From contig OY782877.1 of assembly GCA_963678445.1 (NCBI GenBank), forward strand, positions 1,685,778 to 1,749,777: a DNA stretch of 64,000 bases, in the 5' to 3' direction. Every line of letters starts with the position of its first letter. Positions within the stretch are counted from its first letter, which is position 1. Shown here one piece after another: positions 30,301 through 38,512 of this stretch. The notes below the pieces were generated by a model. It was not told the origin of the DNA, did no database searches, and saw only the letters and a program-made list of their open reading frames with translations. Source of the DNA: Candidatus Hydrogenedentota bacterium (GTDB lineage Bacteria; Hydrogenedentota; Hydrogenedentia; Hydrogenedentales; G963678445). The translations under genes were made by a program, and so were the position numbers.

Positions 30301-31967
30301 GCTGGTGAATTCAGGCAGGATACCTGCTGAATCACAGGCGCGGTTCCGTCGACAAAAAGCGTATTTGTGGATGTCTCCTGGCGGGTGTTTCCCGCACGAT
30401 CGACCGCATTCACGACGAGGGAAATGGGACCATCGGACGTAGCGGTCGGCACGGTGTACGCATATGTATATACATTGCCCGACGTAGCGGTCGGCGCACC
30501 CAGATCGACGCCGTTTGCGCGCATGGTCGGTGTGTCGGCAAGGCCATATACATCGCTCACGGTTACCCGCAATGTCGATGCTGTTCCGGGTTGTACATAA
30601 GCGGGATCTGCCTGAAAATTCGTGATGGTCGGCGGGGTGTCATCGATGGTCAACAACGCATTGGACGATTTGCCCTGGCTATTGCCTGCGGTGTCAATCG
30701 CCAATACCTCAATCAATGCCGCGCCTTGTGGAGCGTTAGTGGGCGTGGTGTAGGTATAGGTGTACACATTGCCCGCTGTCGACGTAGGCGCTCCGATAGA
30801 AACCCCGTTTATTGTCATCGTAGGCGCACTTGTTAACGCCACATTATCACTCGCCTCTACGGTGAGGGTTACAACGTCACCGCCTTGCACATATTGGGAC
30901 GAAACCGTCAGTACACCGACAACGGGGCGTGTGGTATCCAGCACCTGAATGGCGATATCTTCTTCATGGTACCCATTGTATGTTGCCGCATCGGTCACCC
31001 GCACGCGGATGGTATGACTGCCTGCGCTTCCCCGATCAATTAAGGTGGCATCGGCAATAGCGACTTCGACAGTGGTGGCGGTGGAAGCATTCAACGCAAA
31101 ACGTCCCCCTGCTGAATCCACCAATGTCCAGGTGTATGGCTCCACTCCATCCGCATCTGTTGCCTGTAACGTCCCCAGCAACGTTCCGTTAGCGTCCGAA
31201 TCCTGCACCGTCAATGCATTGGGCGCAATATCCGTCGGCGGCGCACTGTCCACCTTCAACACAATCGCCCCCATCGTTCCTTTGTCTGGCAGGTTCCACC
31301 CCGTCGTCAACGCTGTACCATTCAAGCCCGTCACCACCCCCATTGCACCTCCGTTGCGGTCTCCAAACCAGCCACTCACTTTCGGCCAACGCCGGTAGCC
31401 AAGTGTTTTTGTGCCGCCGCCTTTTATACCGGCTTCGTCCATTTCGTCCTTGGTGCTTACCAAGGTCACCAGCACTGCGCCCGCCTCGGCCTGTTGCGCG
31501 GTAAAGGAGACTTCCGGGTCGTCGCCATACCCACCCTGGGCAGCAATGACCGGTGTATCCAGATCGACTCCTGAAAAGCAATAGAGCCCACTCGTTTCCG
31601 GTTCTGTATCCCCTGAGAAGGCCAGCGCCACTGTTTGTGCGCCCGTGGGGGGATTGATGCAGTAGAATAACTGTGCGCGTTCATCCTCGCCTTCAAAATC
31701 CACCGCCTCGGTCATCGCCATCCCCCCCAAGGTGGCTGAGGCTTTACGGTGATTGCGGTTGGTCACCCCTAATATGGCCACTTTGGTGCCTGCGGGAATC
31801 GATGCGGTCGTCCATGACCAGGAGCTACCGCTGTTGGTGGTTTCCGCGCTGAATCCGGATTGGATATCGGGACCATTGAGCAAGGTAATCGCCCCGTAGC
31901 ATGGCATAATTACACAGGCAATGAGCATGCCTGTCCAGCATCCCGAAAAGACATTCCGAGCTGTCAT
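24348..31967 (-). CDS. Giant 2539-aa ORF: in-frame fusion of two adhesin-like genes. Module a (about aa 1-1248) is signal peptide + cadherin-like domain + about 8 Ig-like repeats + 2 Ig domains + sorting tag. Module b (about aa 1256-2539) is signal peptide + large domain + about 7 Ig-like repeats + PKD domain + sorting tag
   Basis: Junction ...[54 protein letters not shown]... at about 28200-28226; PKD motif [32 protein letters not shown]; C-terminus [30 protein letters not shown]. Confidence 0.7.
   Translation of the reverse strand: [2539 protein letters not shown]
24770..26270 (-). repeat. Alternating coding repeats in adhesin module b (GAQWR.NGGAWQ..GA modules interleaved with G.V.I...P..APW..IDGDG..HTG.G modules)
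   Basis: Protein-level periodicity in the ORF translation; boundaries approximate. Confidence 0.45.
28950..31000 (-). repeat. Tandem array of about 285-bp coding repeats (about 8 copies) encoding about 95-aa Ig-like modules (P..IS.L.A.P..AK.GD.V.L.F...D......PTV.ING......T...AYTY.YTV) inside adhesin module a
   Basis: Periodicity seen at protein level in the ORF translation; boundaries approximate; nucleotide copies are diverged. Confidence 0.5.
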
Positions 31968-32711
31968 AATTCCTTCCCCTCACGTCTGGCGCATCAGGTG
32001 TCTACATCGCACCTGCATCCGCATGACACGTCCGCCCTGCTGGACGGTAAAACTTCGTTGTGGCACAGCCGTCGTTTTTTTATGGTCTGTCATGACACGA
32101 AAAACGCGGCACCTAAAATTTCCCAGTTGTTGAACTATACGATCATTCCTTGGGTATGCACGCGAAAACATCCTGATTCCCTCGCACCCATGCGCCAAAC
32201 ATGGCCAATTCTCCGATTGTGTGTAACAGCCCCTTGACTTACAGGATACAGCCGTTTACACACGCACGAACTAGCAGAAACTTTTCCCGTTACACCGGTT
32301 CACATTGGCACAGACAGCACTACTGTCCATTCCGAGCAACTATCCACACCGGCGTCCCTTCCGCTTCTGCGAACTTGACAGGAATTTTCCCTTCTGCCTC
32401 TGTACGTCTTCACCATTTTCTGCACTGCAGCCAACAGCAGAGCCTGGCTTTGTTTGGAAAACGTTATTCTCGCTTTCTTTTTACATACAACGTACATTAT
32501 TCACGTTCACAGTTCTGCCATTATGCACTATTTCTCCAAAAATATACAGTCACCAGCGCTTTTTTGACTCTTTTCGCACCAGAAAGTTTCATTATTTGCG
32601 ACATTTAGCATTAAAACGGCCACGCCGCCCTGTTTTTAGGATGCAAAACGGGAAGCGCATCACTGCGCTTCCCCTCCAGAAAAACATGGATCACTCTATC
32701 TTGAAATGGGG

Positions 32712-35700
32712 CTACAAGGCTTGCAAAGCGCTAATCAGCTGCGCCAATTCCACACGTGCCTTACTCAACAGGGCAGAATCCTGGGTAAAATGCTCGTTAT
32801 CCACAATAATCGCCTCATCAATCGCCAAGGCAGCTTCCACCTCTTTGCGCAGCGCTTCCGGCACCGCCGCTCCCTTGTTTTGCAGCAAGTTTCGCAACAA
32901 GGCGAAGTACTCGTAATCTTCGATACCGTCGCGGGCAATACTCATGCGAATAGAGGCCCAGGGCACGCCGTTGGGACCGGGATAAATGAGATAGCCACAC
33001 CCATGGTGGCCCGGCTGACTGTTCCAGGGCATCCAGGGGCGTTCAGGCCAGCGCTCTTCACCGCTCACGTTATCCGCCCAATGGGTCGTCCCCCAATAGA
33101 GATAGCCTTGCGCGCCATATTTCCAGCACTGCCAGAAGATAAGGCGGTGATCAATGGCAGGGAAATCAATCATGATGCCGGGGCGATCCCAAACGGTATA
33201 GAACCAAAGATTTTCGCCCGCCTCTTTGCGTAATGCAACCATGTTGGGATCAAATTCGCCAATGACCGGGCACCAGGTATCCACCCCGCCCACCAGCGCC
33301 TGCTCTGGAGCACTGGTCTCAAGGACAGGCCATTGCGGCAGATTTTCCTTCACCCACTGGTTCATTTCAAGCACCTGCGGGATGATGTGGCGCGCCATAA
33401 CCGCGACCTCATCGTGCGCATAATACAGGGCTTTGTCTTCCCAGCCCTTTTCCTTGAGCAACGCCTGGGTCGCAAGCACTTTTTCTTTGTACTCGTCGCG
33501 TCCAGAGCCGTCAAAAAGGTCTGGAATGGGGATAAAGAAACAATTCTGCCCATGCGCCATAAGGTATTCGAAATCTTCCAGCATGTTTCCGCCGCCAAGC
33601 GGGAAGTTTTTGATCGGACTCATGCGGTGCTTGAGGTGCAAATCATAAAAACGTTTGCGCACCTCAAAAGGCGTGCGTCCCTCATACTTGTAGAAACGCT
33701 GCACCTGGCTCTCTTTCATCCAGAACGAAGTCTTCAGCGTAGTTTGCTCAGGCAACGCAAAATCCCATACATCTACTTCAAGAGGAACATTCAGTGTACC
33801 CGCATTCGCCGTCGTCACCTTCAGCACGCCGCTGTATTTACCCGGAGCTGTGTCCGCATCGGTATGCACGGTGATATAAAACGGCTGCGCTTCTTGCGTG
33901 AAAGGCACGTCGAGCTGCGCGTTTGGTTCCAGTACATCCGGATAGAAGCCCACTTTTTCGATTGGAAAATTGTATTCTGGCTCGCCAATCTTCACATAGC
34001 CCACGCCATAGATTTCGATCTGATCGGCGCGCAAAACGGTATCGCCATCTTCCTGCTTAAGATCAACGGCCTGCACTGCAAGCTGATTGAGATCCTGCCA
34101 AAGCGGCACCACCACCAGTTGTGCAGATTCGTATTCGTTGCGTGCCAGCTGAATCTGGACCGGTTTAGGAGCTCGTTTTGTGGAAAGCAGTGCTTCATCC
34201 CGGAAAACCTTGCGCAAAGTCGTTTCCGGCACCGCGGCAAAAGCACCCGCTGTAGCAGGCGTGGCCGCCGCTGCATAAAGGCGCGCTACTTCACGGCGCA
34301 ACAGATCCAGCGCTCCTTGCACCTGCGCAATCATCGCCGCACCACCTTCTTGCGGCATGGCTTTCATCAAGGCGTCACTGGCAGCGTTCACCTGCTTTTC
34401 CAGGGAGCTATGGGCGGCAGCACGCACCGCTTCATCGGCCAGTTTTTCCATAGCGGCATAGCCATCCTGCGTCAGTGTTTGCAAGACTTTGTTTTCCGCC
34501 TCAAATGCATTAAACGTGGCCTCTTCCTCGACCACGCCCAGCAATTGGGCGCCACCCGTATCTACCAAACGCATCGCAAGCTGGTATTTGCCACCCGTAG
34601 CCGCGAACAAATCGAATGCCGCCTCTTTTGCTTCTCCCGGCGCACAGGTTTCGCTGACAACCTGGCTTACGACGCTACCATCCGGACGTGTAATCTCAGC
34701 AATGGTGTCCAAGCGACGCGGACGGATGCTCTGGTTGGCAAACTTAAAGCGTATACGGTTTTTACCTATCTTCAACGGCGCAAACTGCACCAGAGAAAGC
34801 GGCGCGTCGATTGCATCTACCGCCACCGCTGGTGCAGGGGTAAAGGCTGCACCGTGAACATTGCCCGACAACTGCGCATCGTGCGCCAGCATGGGCCAGG
34901 GCAGCTTTTCAGGGACATATTTCCCGCCTAAACTCAAACTGCGGACCGTGCGATCTTTACCGGTAAAAATAATCTCAACTTCACCATCCCCATCCACATC
35001 GCCCAAAGCAGGTGTCGTCAACGGCTGGGCCGTGGTTTTGAAATCCCACTCTTCTTCCCCCTGTGCAGAGAAACAAACCAAACGACTGGAGCGTGCGCAC
35101 ACGAGGATTTCGAGCTCGCCATCGCCATCTACATCGCCCACCGAAGGGCCTTGTACAATGCCGCCCAAACGCGCAGCACCGGCATCGGCCGCCCATAGCA
35201 ATTCTCCATTGCGAATACGATAAACGTGGCCGGATTTGTCGCCCGCAAGCACATCCAACATCCCTTTGCCCTCAAAATCAACCAGCGCAAATGAACAGGC
35301 GTTATCAATACTCCCCTTACCCTTGAACCGCCATTGTTCCTCCCCATTTTCCGCATCATAGGCAATCACCTGGAAATCTTCCGTCGCCGAAACCACCTCC
35401 AGACGCCCATTTCCATTCAAATCGCCCACCGCAACGTTACTACGGCGCTCTTTGCGGGGCTGTCCATCCATCTGTGACCAGACCAGATTGCCATCATGGT
35501 CAAAACAGGCCATCAACCCGCCGCCAAAGGTAATATAAACTCGCATTACCGGACTGTCACCCAGTTGTGCAACGGCAGGAATGCCACGGATCGCGCCGTC
35601 GGCCTGATAATGCCACAGGGCTTGTCCTGTATCATCAAGACAGTACAGTGTACCGCTTTCCGAACCAAAAAGAATCTCAATACGTCCATCCGCGTTGATG

Positions 35701-36137
35701 TCAGCAACCACAGGACCGGTATAATCCATCTCATCGCCCATGGAAACACGCCAGACAAGACGCCCCTGGTAATCCAGGCAACCCGCCGAACCATCACGGG
35801 TAAGGAAAAAGACTTCCTTTTTCCCATCACCGTCATAATCCACTACGGACGGTGTCGCATGAAAACCATCCAACACCTCTTCTTTCAGATGAAAATCCCA
35901 GCGTAAATTGCCTTGGCCATCAAAGCAAAGCATGCGACGCGCCCGTGAGGCAGCCACAATGATTTCCGTCGCCCCATCTCCGTCAATATCAGCAAGAACA
36001 GGCGAGGCGTAAATCTTGCCCCCCGTTTCATAGCTCCACTCCACCTCCGGCGCAACCGTTGCGGCTACGCCTGGCAGTGAAAAAAGGGGGGAAACACATA
36101 CCACTACGCAACACACATTTCGAAAAAATAGGTTCAT
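32712..36137 (-). CDS. Secreted FG-GAP/beta-propeller repeat protein with a C-terminal glycoside-hydrolase-like domain (1142 aa)
   Basis: Signal peptide at internal start MNLFFRNVCCVVVCVSPLFSLPGVAA (AGGAG RBS); about 8 DxDGDGxxE(I/V) FG-GAP/VCBS blades; C-terminal region is TIM-barrel-like (DUF4091-like, uncertain). Confidence 0.65.
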   Translation of the reverse strand: MNLFFRNVCCVVVCVSPLFSLPGVAATVAPEVEWSYETGGKIYASPVLADIDGDGATEIIVAASRARRMLCFDGQGNLRWDFHLKEEVLDGFHATPSVVDYDGDGKKEVFFLTRDGSAGCLDYQGRLVWRVSMGDEMDYTGPVVADINADGRIEILFGSESGTLYCLDDTGQALWHYQADGAIRGIPAVAQLGDSPVMRVYITFGGGLMACFDHDGNLVWSQMDGQPRKERRSNVAVGDLNGNGRLEVVSATEDFQVIAYDAENGEEQWRFKGKGSIDNACSFALVDFEGKGMLDVLAGDKSGHVYRIRNGELLWAADAGAARLGGIVQGPSVGDVDGDGELEILVCARSSRLVCFSAQGEEEWDFKTTAQPLTTPALGDVDGDGEVEIIFTGKDRTVRSLSLGGKYVPEKLPWPMLAHDAQLSGNVHGAAFTPAPAVAVDAIDAPLSLVQFAPLKIGKNRIRFKFANQSIRPRRLDTIAEITRPDGSVVSQVVSETCAPGEAKEAAFDLFAATGGKYQLAMRLVDTGGAQLLGVVEEEATFNAFEAENKVLQTLTQDGYAAMEKLADEAVRAAAHSSLEKQVNAASDALMKAMPQEGGAAMIAQVQGALDLLRREVARLYAAAATPATAGAFAAVPETTLRKVFRDEALLSTKRAPKPVQIQLARNEYESAQLVVVPLWQDLNQLAVQAVDLKQEDGDTVLRADQIEIYGVGYVKIGEPEYNFPIEKVGFYPDVLEPNAQLDVPFTQEAQPFYITVHTDADTAPGKYSGVLKVTTANAGTLNVPLEVDVWDFALPEQTTLKTSFWMKESQVQRFYKYEGRTPFEVRKRFYDLHLKHRMSPIKNFPLGGGNMLEDFEYLMAHGQNCFFIPIPDLFDGSGRDEYKEKVLATQALLKEKGWEDKALYYAHDEVAVMARHIIPQVLEMNQWVKENLPQWPVLETSAPEQALVGGVDTWCPVIGEFDPNMVALRKEAGENLWFYTVWDRPGIMIDFPAIDHRLIFWQCWKYGAQGYLYWGTTHWADNVSGEERWPERPWMPWNSQPGHHGCGYLIYPGPNGVPWASIRMSIARDGIEDYEYFALLRNLLQNKGAAVPEALRKEVEAALAIDEAIIVDNEHFTQDSALLSKARVELAQLISALQAL

Positions 36138-36368
36138 CTCTTTCTCCTGTTTATAGCAAGATCCAACCGTCCAAAATCTGTCGTATTGCAATTTCGCATT
36201 GTGACACGAATGTGTTTCAATATACAAAAAGCATGCCCGCGACCTTGACGGAGATGTAACCGACTTTATTTCAAGTACTTAACTTGCTCCCAACACTGTC
36301 TTTAAACCCGTTCAGCAGCTGAACCAACTCACACCCGCAAAGTCGCTAATGCCACCCCAAAAAATTGC

Positions 36369-36397
36369 TTGACTCTCCTACCGCAATGGAGTAAAAT
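36369..36397 (+). promoter_or_regulatory. Near-consensus sigma-70 promoter (TTGACT, 17 bp, TAAAAT) for the tRNA operon
   Basis: -35 ttgact at 36369-36374 and -10 taaaat at 36392-36397 with a 17-nt spacer; tRNA starts at 36411. Confidence 0.55.
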
Positions 36398-36410
36398 TAC
36401 GCCCTGTTCA

Positions 36411-36486
36411 TGCCGGCTAGCCAAATTGGTAAGGCACCAGTTTCTGGTACTGGCGATTCCAGGTTCGAGTCCTGGGCCGGCAGCCA
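36411..36486 (+). tRNA. tRNA-Gln (anticodon CUG)
   Basis: Cloverleaf folded by hand: acceptor tgccggc/gccggca with the U1:A72 pair typical of tRNA-Gln; anticodon stem ccagt/actgg; loop ttCTGgt; T-arm ggttcgagtcc; CCA encoded. Confidence 0.8.
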
Positions 36487-36522
36487 TCCATACCCGGTTT
36501 AAGACCGGTTCACATACGCGGT

Positions 36523-36598
36523 GGCCCCTTCATCTAGTGGTCTAGGATGCAGGATTCTCAGTCCTGTCACAGGGGTTCGAACCCCCTAGGGGCTGCCA
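36523..36598 (+). tRNA. tRNA-Glu (anticodon CUC)
   Basis: Acceptor ggcccct/aggggct; anticodon stem cagga/tcctg with loop ttCTCag; T-arm aggggttcgaacccct; CCA encoded. Confidence 0.8.
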
Positions 36599-36612
36599 TA
36601 TATATTTTTCGA

Positions 36613-36668
36613 AAACGCCGGAACGCTTGGAATTCCAAAGCCTTCCGGCGTTTTCCTTTTTTCCCGCC
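36613..36668 (+). terminator. Strong rho-independent terminator after the tRNA pair (about 40-nt near-perfect palindrome aaaacgccggaa...ttccggcgtttt followed by a T-run)
   Basis: Stem aacgccggaa/ttccggcgtt with an inner ttggaattccaa palindrome, then cctttttt. Confidence 0.7.
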
Positions 36669-36836
36669 TCAATCGCATTCCCCTGTAGACGCGTATCGGC
36701 TCGCCGTCCGCCCCCCCCTTGGGACGTACTGAAGCGATTTGATCCGTAACAAATCTCAAATTATGCTAACAGCGCTCTGTCTCTGATTAAAAAATGAAAG
36801 GAACCGTCCTTTACCCGATAGAGGTTGGTGGAAAGC

Positions 36837-38075
36837 ATGAAAATTCTCCATACATCGGATTGGCATTTGGGGCGCTCGCTTTATGGCAGGAAGCGCTATG
36901 AGGAGTTTGCAGCGTTCCTGGATTGGCTGGCGCAAACTATTGAGGATGAGCGCATTGATGCGCTGCTGGTAGCGGGGGATGTATTCGATACAAGCACACC
37001 GAGCAATCGGGCGCAGGAATTGTATTATCGCTTTCTCTGCCGGGTTTCTGCGTCTTGCTGCCGGCATGTTGTGGTTATTGCGGGGAATCATGATTCTCCG
37101 TCCTTCCTGGATGCACCCCGGGAATTGTTGCGTGTGCTGAATGTGCATGTGGTCGGCGCTATGGAGGCGGCTTTGGAGGATGAGGTCGTCGTTCTTTGGG
37201 ATGGGGAGAAACCGGAGGCGATTGTCTGCGCGGTGCCGTATCTGCGCGATAAGGATATTCGTACTGTTGAGGCGGGGGAGACTATCGACGATAAGAATGC
37301 CAAGCTGGTGGCGGGCTTGCAAAATCATTATGCGAAGGTATGCGCTGTTGCGGAGGAGAAGCGCGTTGCGTTTGAGAAAGCCGGGCACGGAGACATTCCC
37401 ATTGTTGCCATGGGACACCTCTTTACTGCGGGGGGGAAGACGATAGATGGCGACGGTGTCCGCGATCTTTATGTGGGGGCTTTGACGCATATAAACAAGG
37501 ACCTTTTCCCGGATTCAATCGATTATCTCGCGCTGGGACATTTGCATGTGCCGCAATCCGTTGGCGGCGCTGCGCATATCCGTTACAGTGGCGCGCCTAT
37601 ACCCATGGGGTATGGGGAGGCGAATCAGGTAAAGAAGGTAGTCCTGATTGAGTTCAACAGCACCACACCGGATATCCGGGAACTTCCTGTGCCGTGTTTC
37701 CAGGCTCTGGAACGTATCGTTGGCAACCTCAATGATATCCAGAACCGGATTGAGCAATTGAAAGGGAAAGAAAGTCGGGCCTGGCTTGAGATTGAATACA
37801 CGGGGCGCGAGGTCGTAGCTAATTTGCGGGAGGTATTGGATGAGGCCTTGGGGAATTCTGCCATGGAGATACGGCGAATCAAAAATAAACAGGTTGTCGA
37901 TCGCGTGATACATGCTATTGAGGCGCATGAAACGCTTGATGATCTGGCCCCCAGTGATGTCTTTAGCCGTTGCCTGGATGCGTTCGAGGTGCCCAATGCG
38001 GATCGGGAAGCGTTGGCGGTGGCTTATAACGAAATCCTCAAAGACTTGTTGGAGGATGACCGTAATGCTGAATAA
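36837..38075 (+). CDS. sbcD: Exonuclease SbcD (Mre11-family calcineurin-like phosphoesterase)
   Basis: MKILHTSDWHLG, GDVFD, VVIAGNHD, GHLH motifs; sigma-70-like promoter ttgatc N17 tatgct upstream. Confidence 0.9.
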   Translation: MKILHTSDWHLGRSLYGRKRYEEFAAFLDWLAQTIEDERIDALLVAGDVFDTSTPSNRAQELYYRFLCRVSASCCRHVVVIAGNHDSPSFLDAPRELLRVLNVHVVGAMEAALEDEVVVLWDGEKPEAIVCAVPYLRDKDIRTVEAGETIDDKNAKLVAGLQNHYAKVCAVAEEKRVAFEKAGHGDIPIVAMGHLFTAGGKTIDGDGVRDLYVGALTHINKDLFPDSIDYLALGHLHVPQSVGGAAHIRYSGAPIPMGYGEANQVKKVVLIEFNSTTPDIRELPVPCFQALERIVGNLNDIQNRIEQLKGKESRAWLEIEYTGREVVANLREVLDEALGNSAMEIRRIKNKQVVDRVIHAIEAHETLDDLAPSDVFSRCLDAFEVPNADREALAVAYNEILKDLLEDDRNAE

Positions 38076-38104
38076 TCCGCAGATTACACCGATGGACGCC
38101 GATT

Positions 38105-38512
38105 ATGTTTGAGAGAGATAAACAAACGTATGCAATAATCGGGGCCGCGATGACCGTTCATAGCAAACTGGGTTCTGGCTTTCTGGAAGCCGTCTATCAG
38201 GATGCGCTGGAAAGAGAGTTTCAGTTTCTGCAATTACCTTACAAAAGAGAGGTAAAATTACCGGTCTACTATCGGGGCGAACAGCTCGACAGTTATTATC
38301 AGGCAGATTTCATCTGTTTTGATTCTGTGATCGTTGAGTTAAAAGCGTTGCAGCGTTTATCTGGCAAGGAAGAAGCACAAGTTATCAATTACTTGAAAGC
38401 ATCAAATCTCCATCGCGCATTGTTGCTGAACTTTGGAACAACGAGCCTGCAGCATAAACGGCTGGTTTTTAATCTGCGGGAATCTGCGTCATCTGCGGAT
38501 GAAAAATCATGA
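38105..38512 (+). CDS. GxxExxY family protein (PD-(D/E)XK nuclease-like fold), 135 aa, between sbcD and sbcC
   Basis: Signature GFLEAVY plus downstream QADFICFDSVIVELK (D...E.K-like); stop overlaps the sbcC ATG (ATGA). Confidence 0.6.
   Translation: MFERDKQTYAIIGAAMTVHSKLGSGFLEAVYQDALEREFQFLQLPYKREVKLPVYYRGEQLDSYYQADFICFDSVIVELKALQRLSGKEEAQVINYLKASNLHRALLLNFGTTSLQHKRLVFNLRESASSADEKS

Noticed and set aside
33333-34931. 532-aa ORF on the + strand
   Set aside because: Antisense to the FG-GAP protein gene; the Arg/His-rich shadow-frame translation has no domain features.
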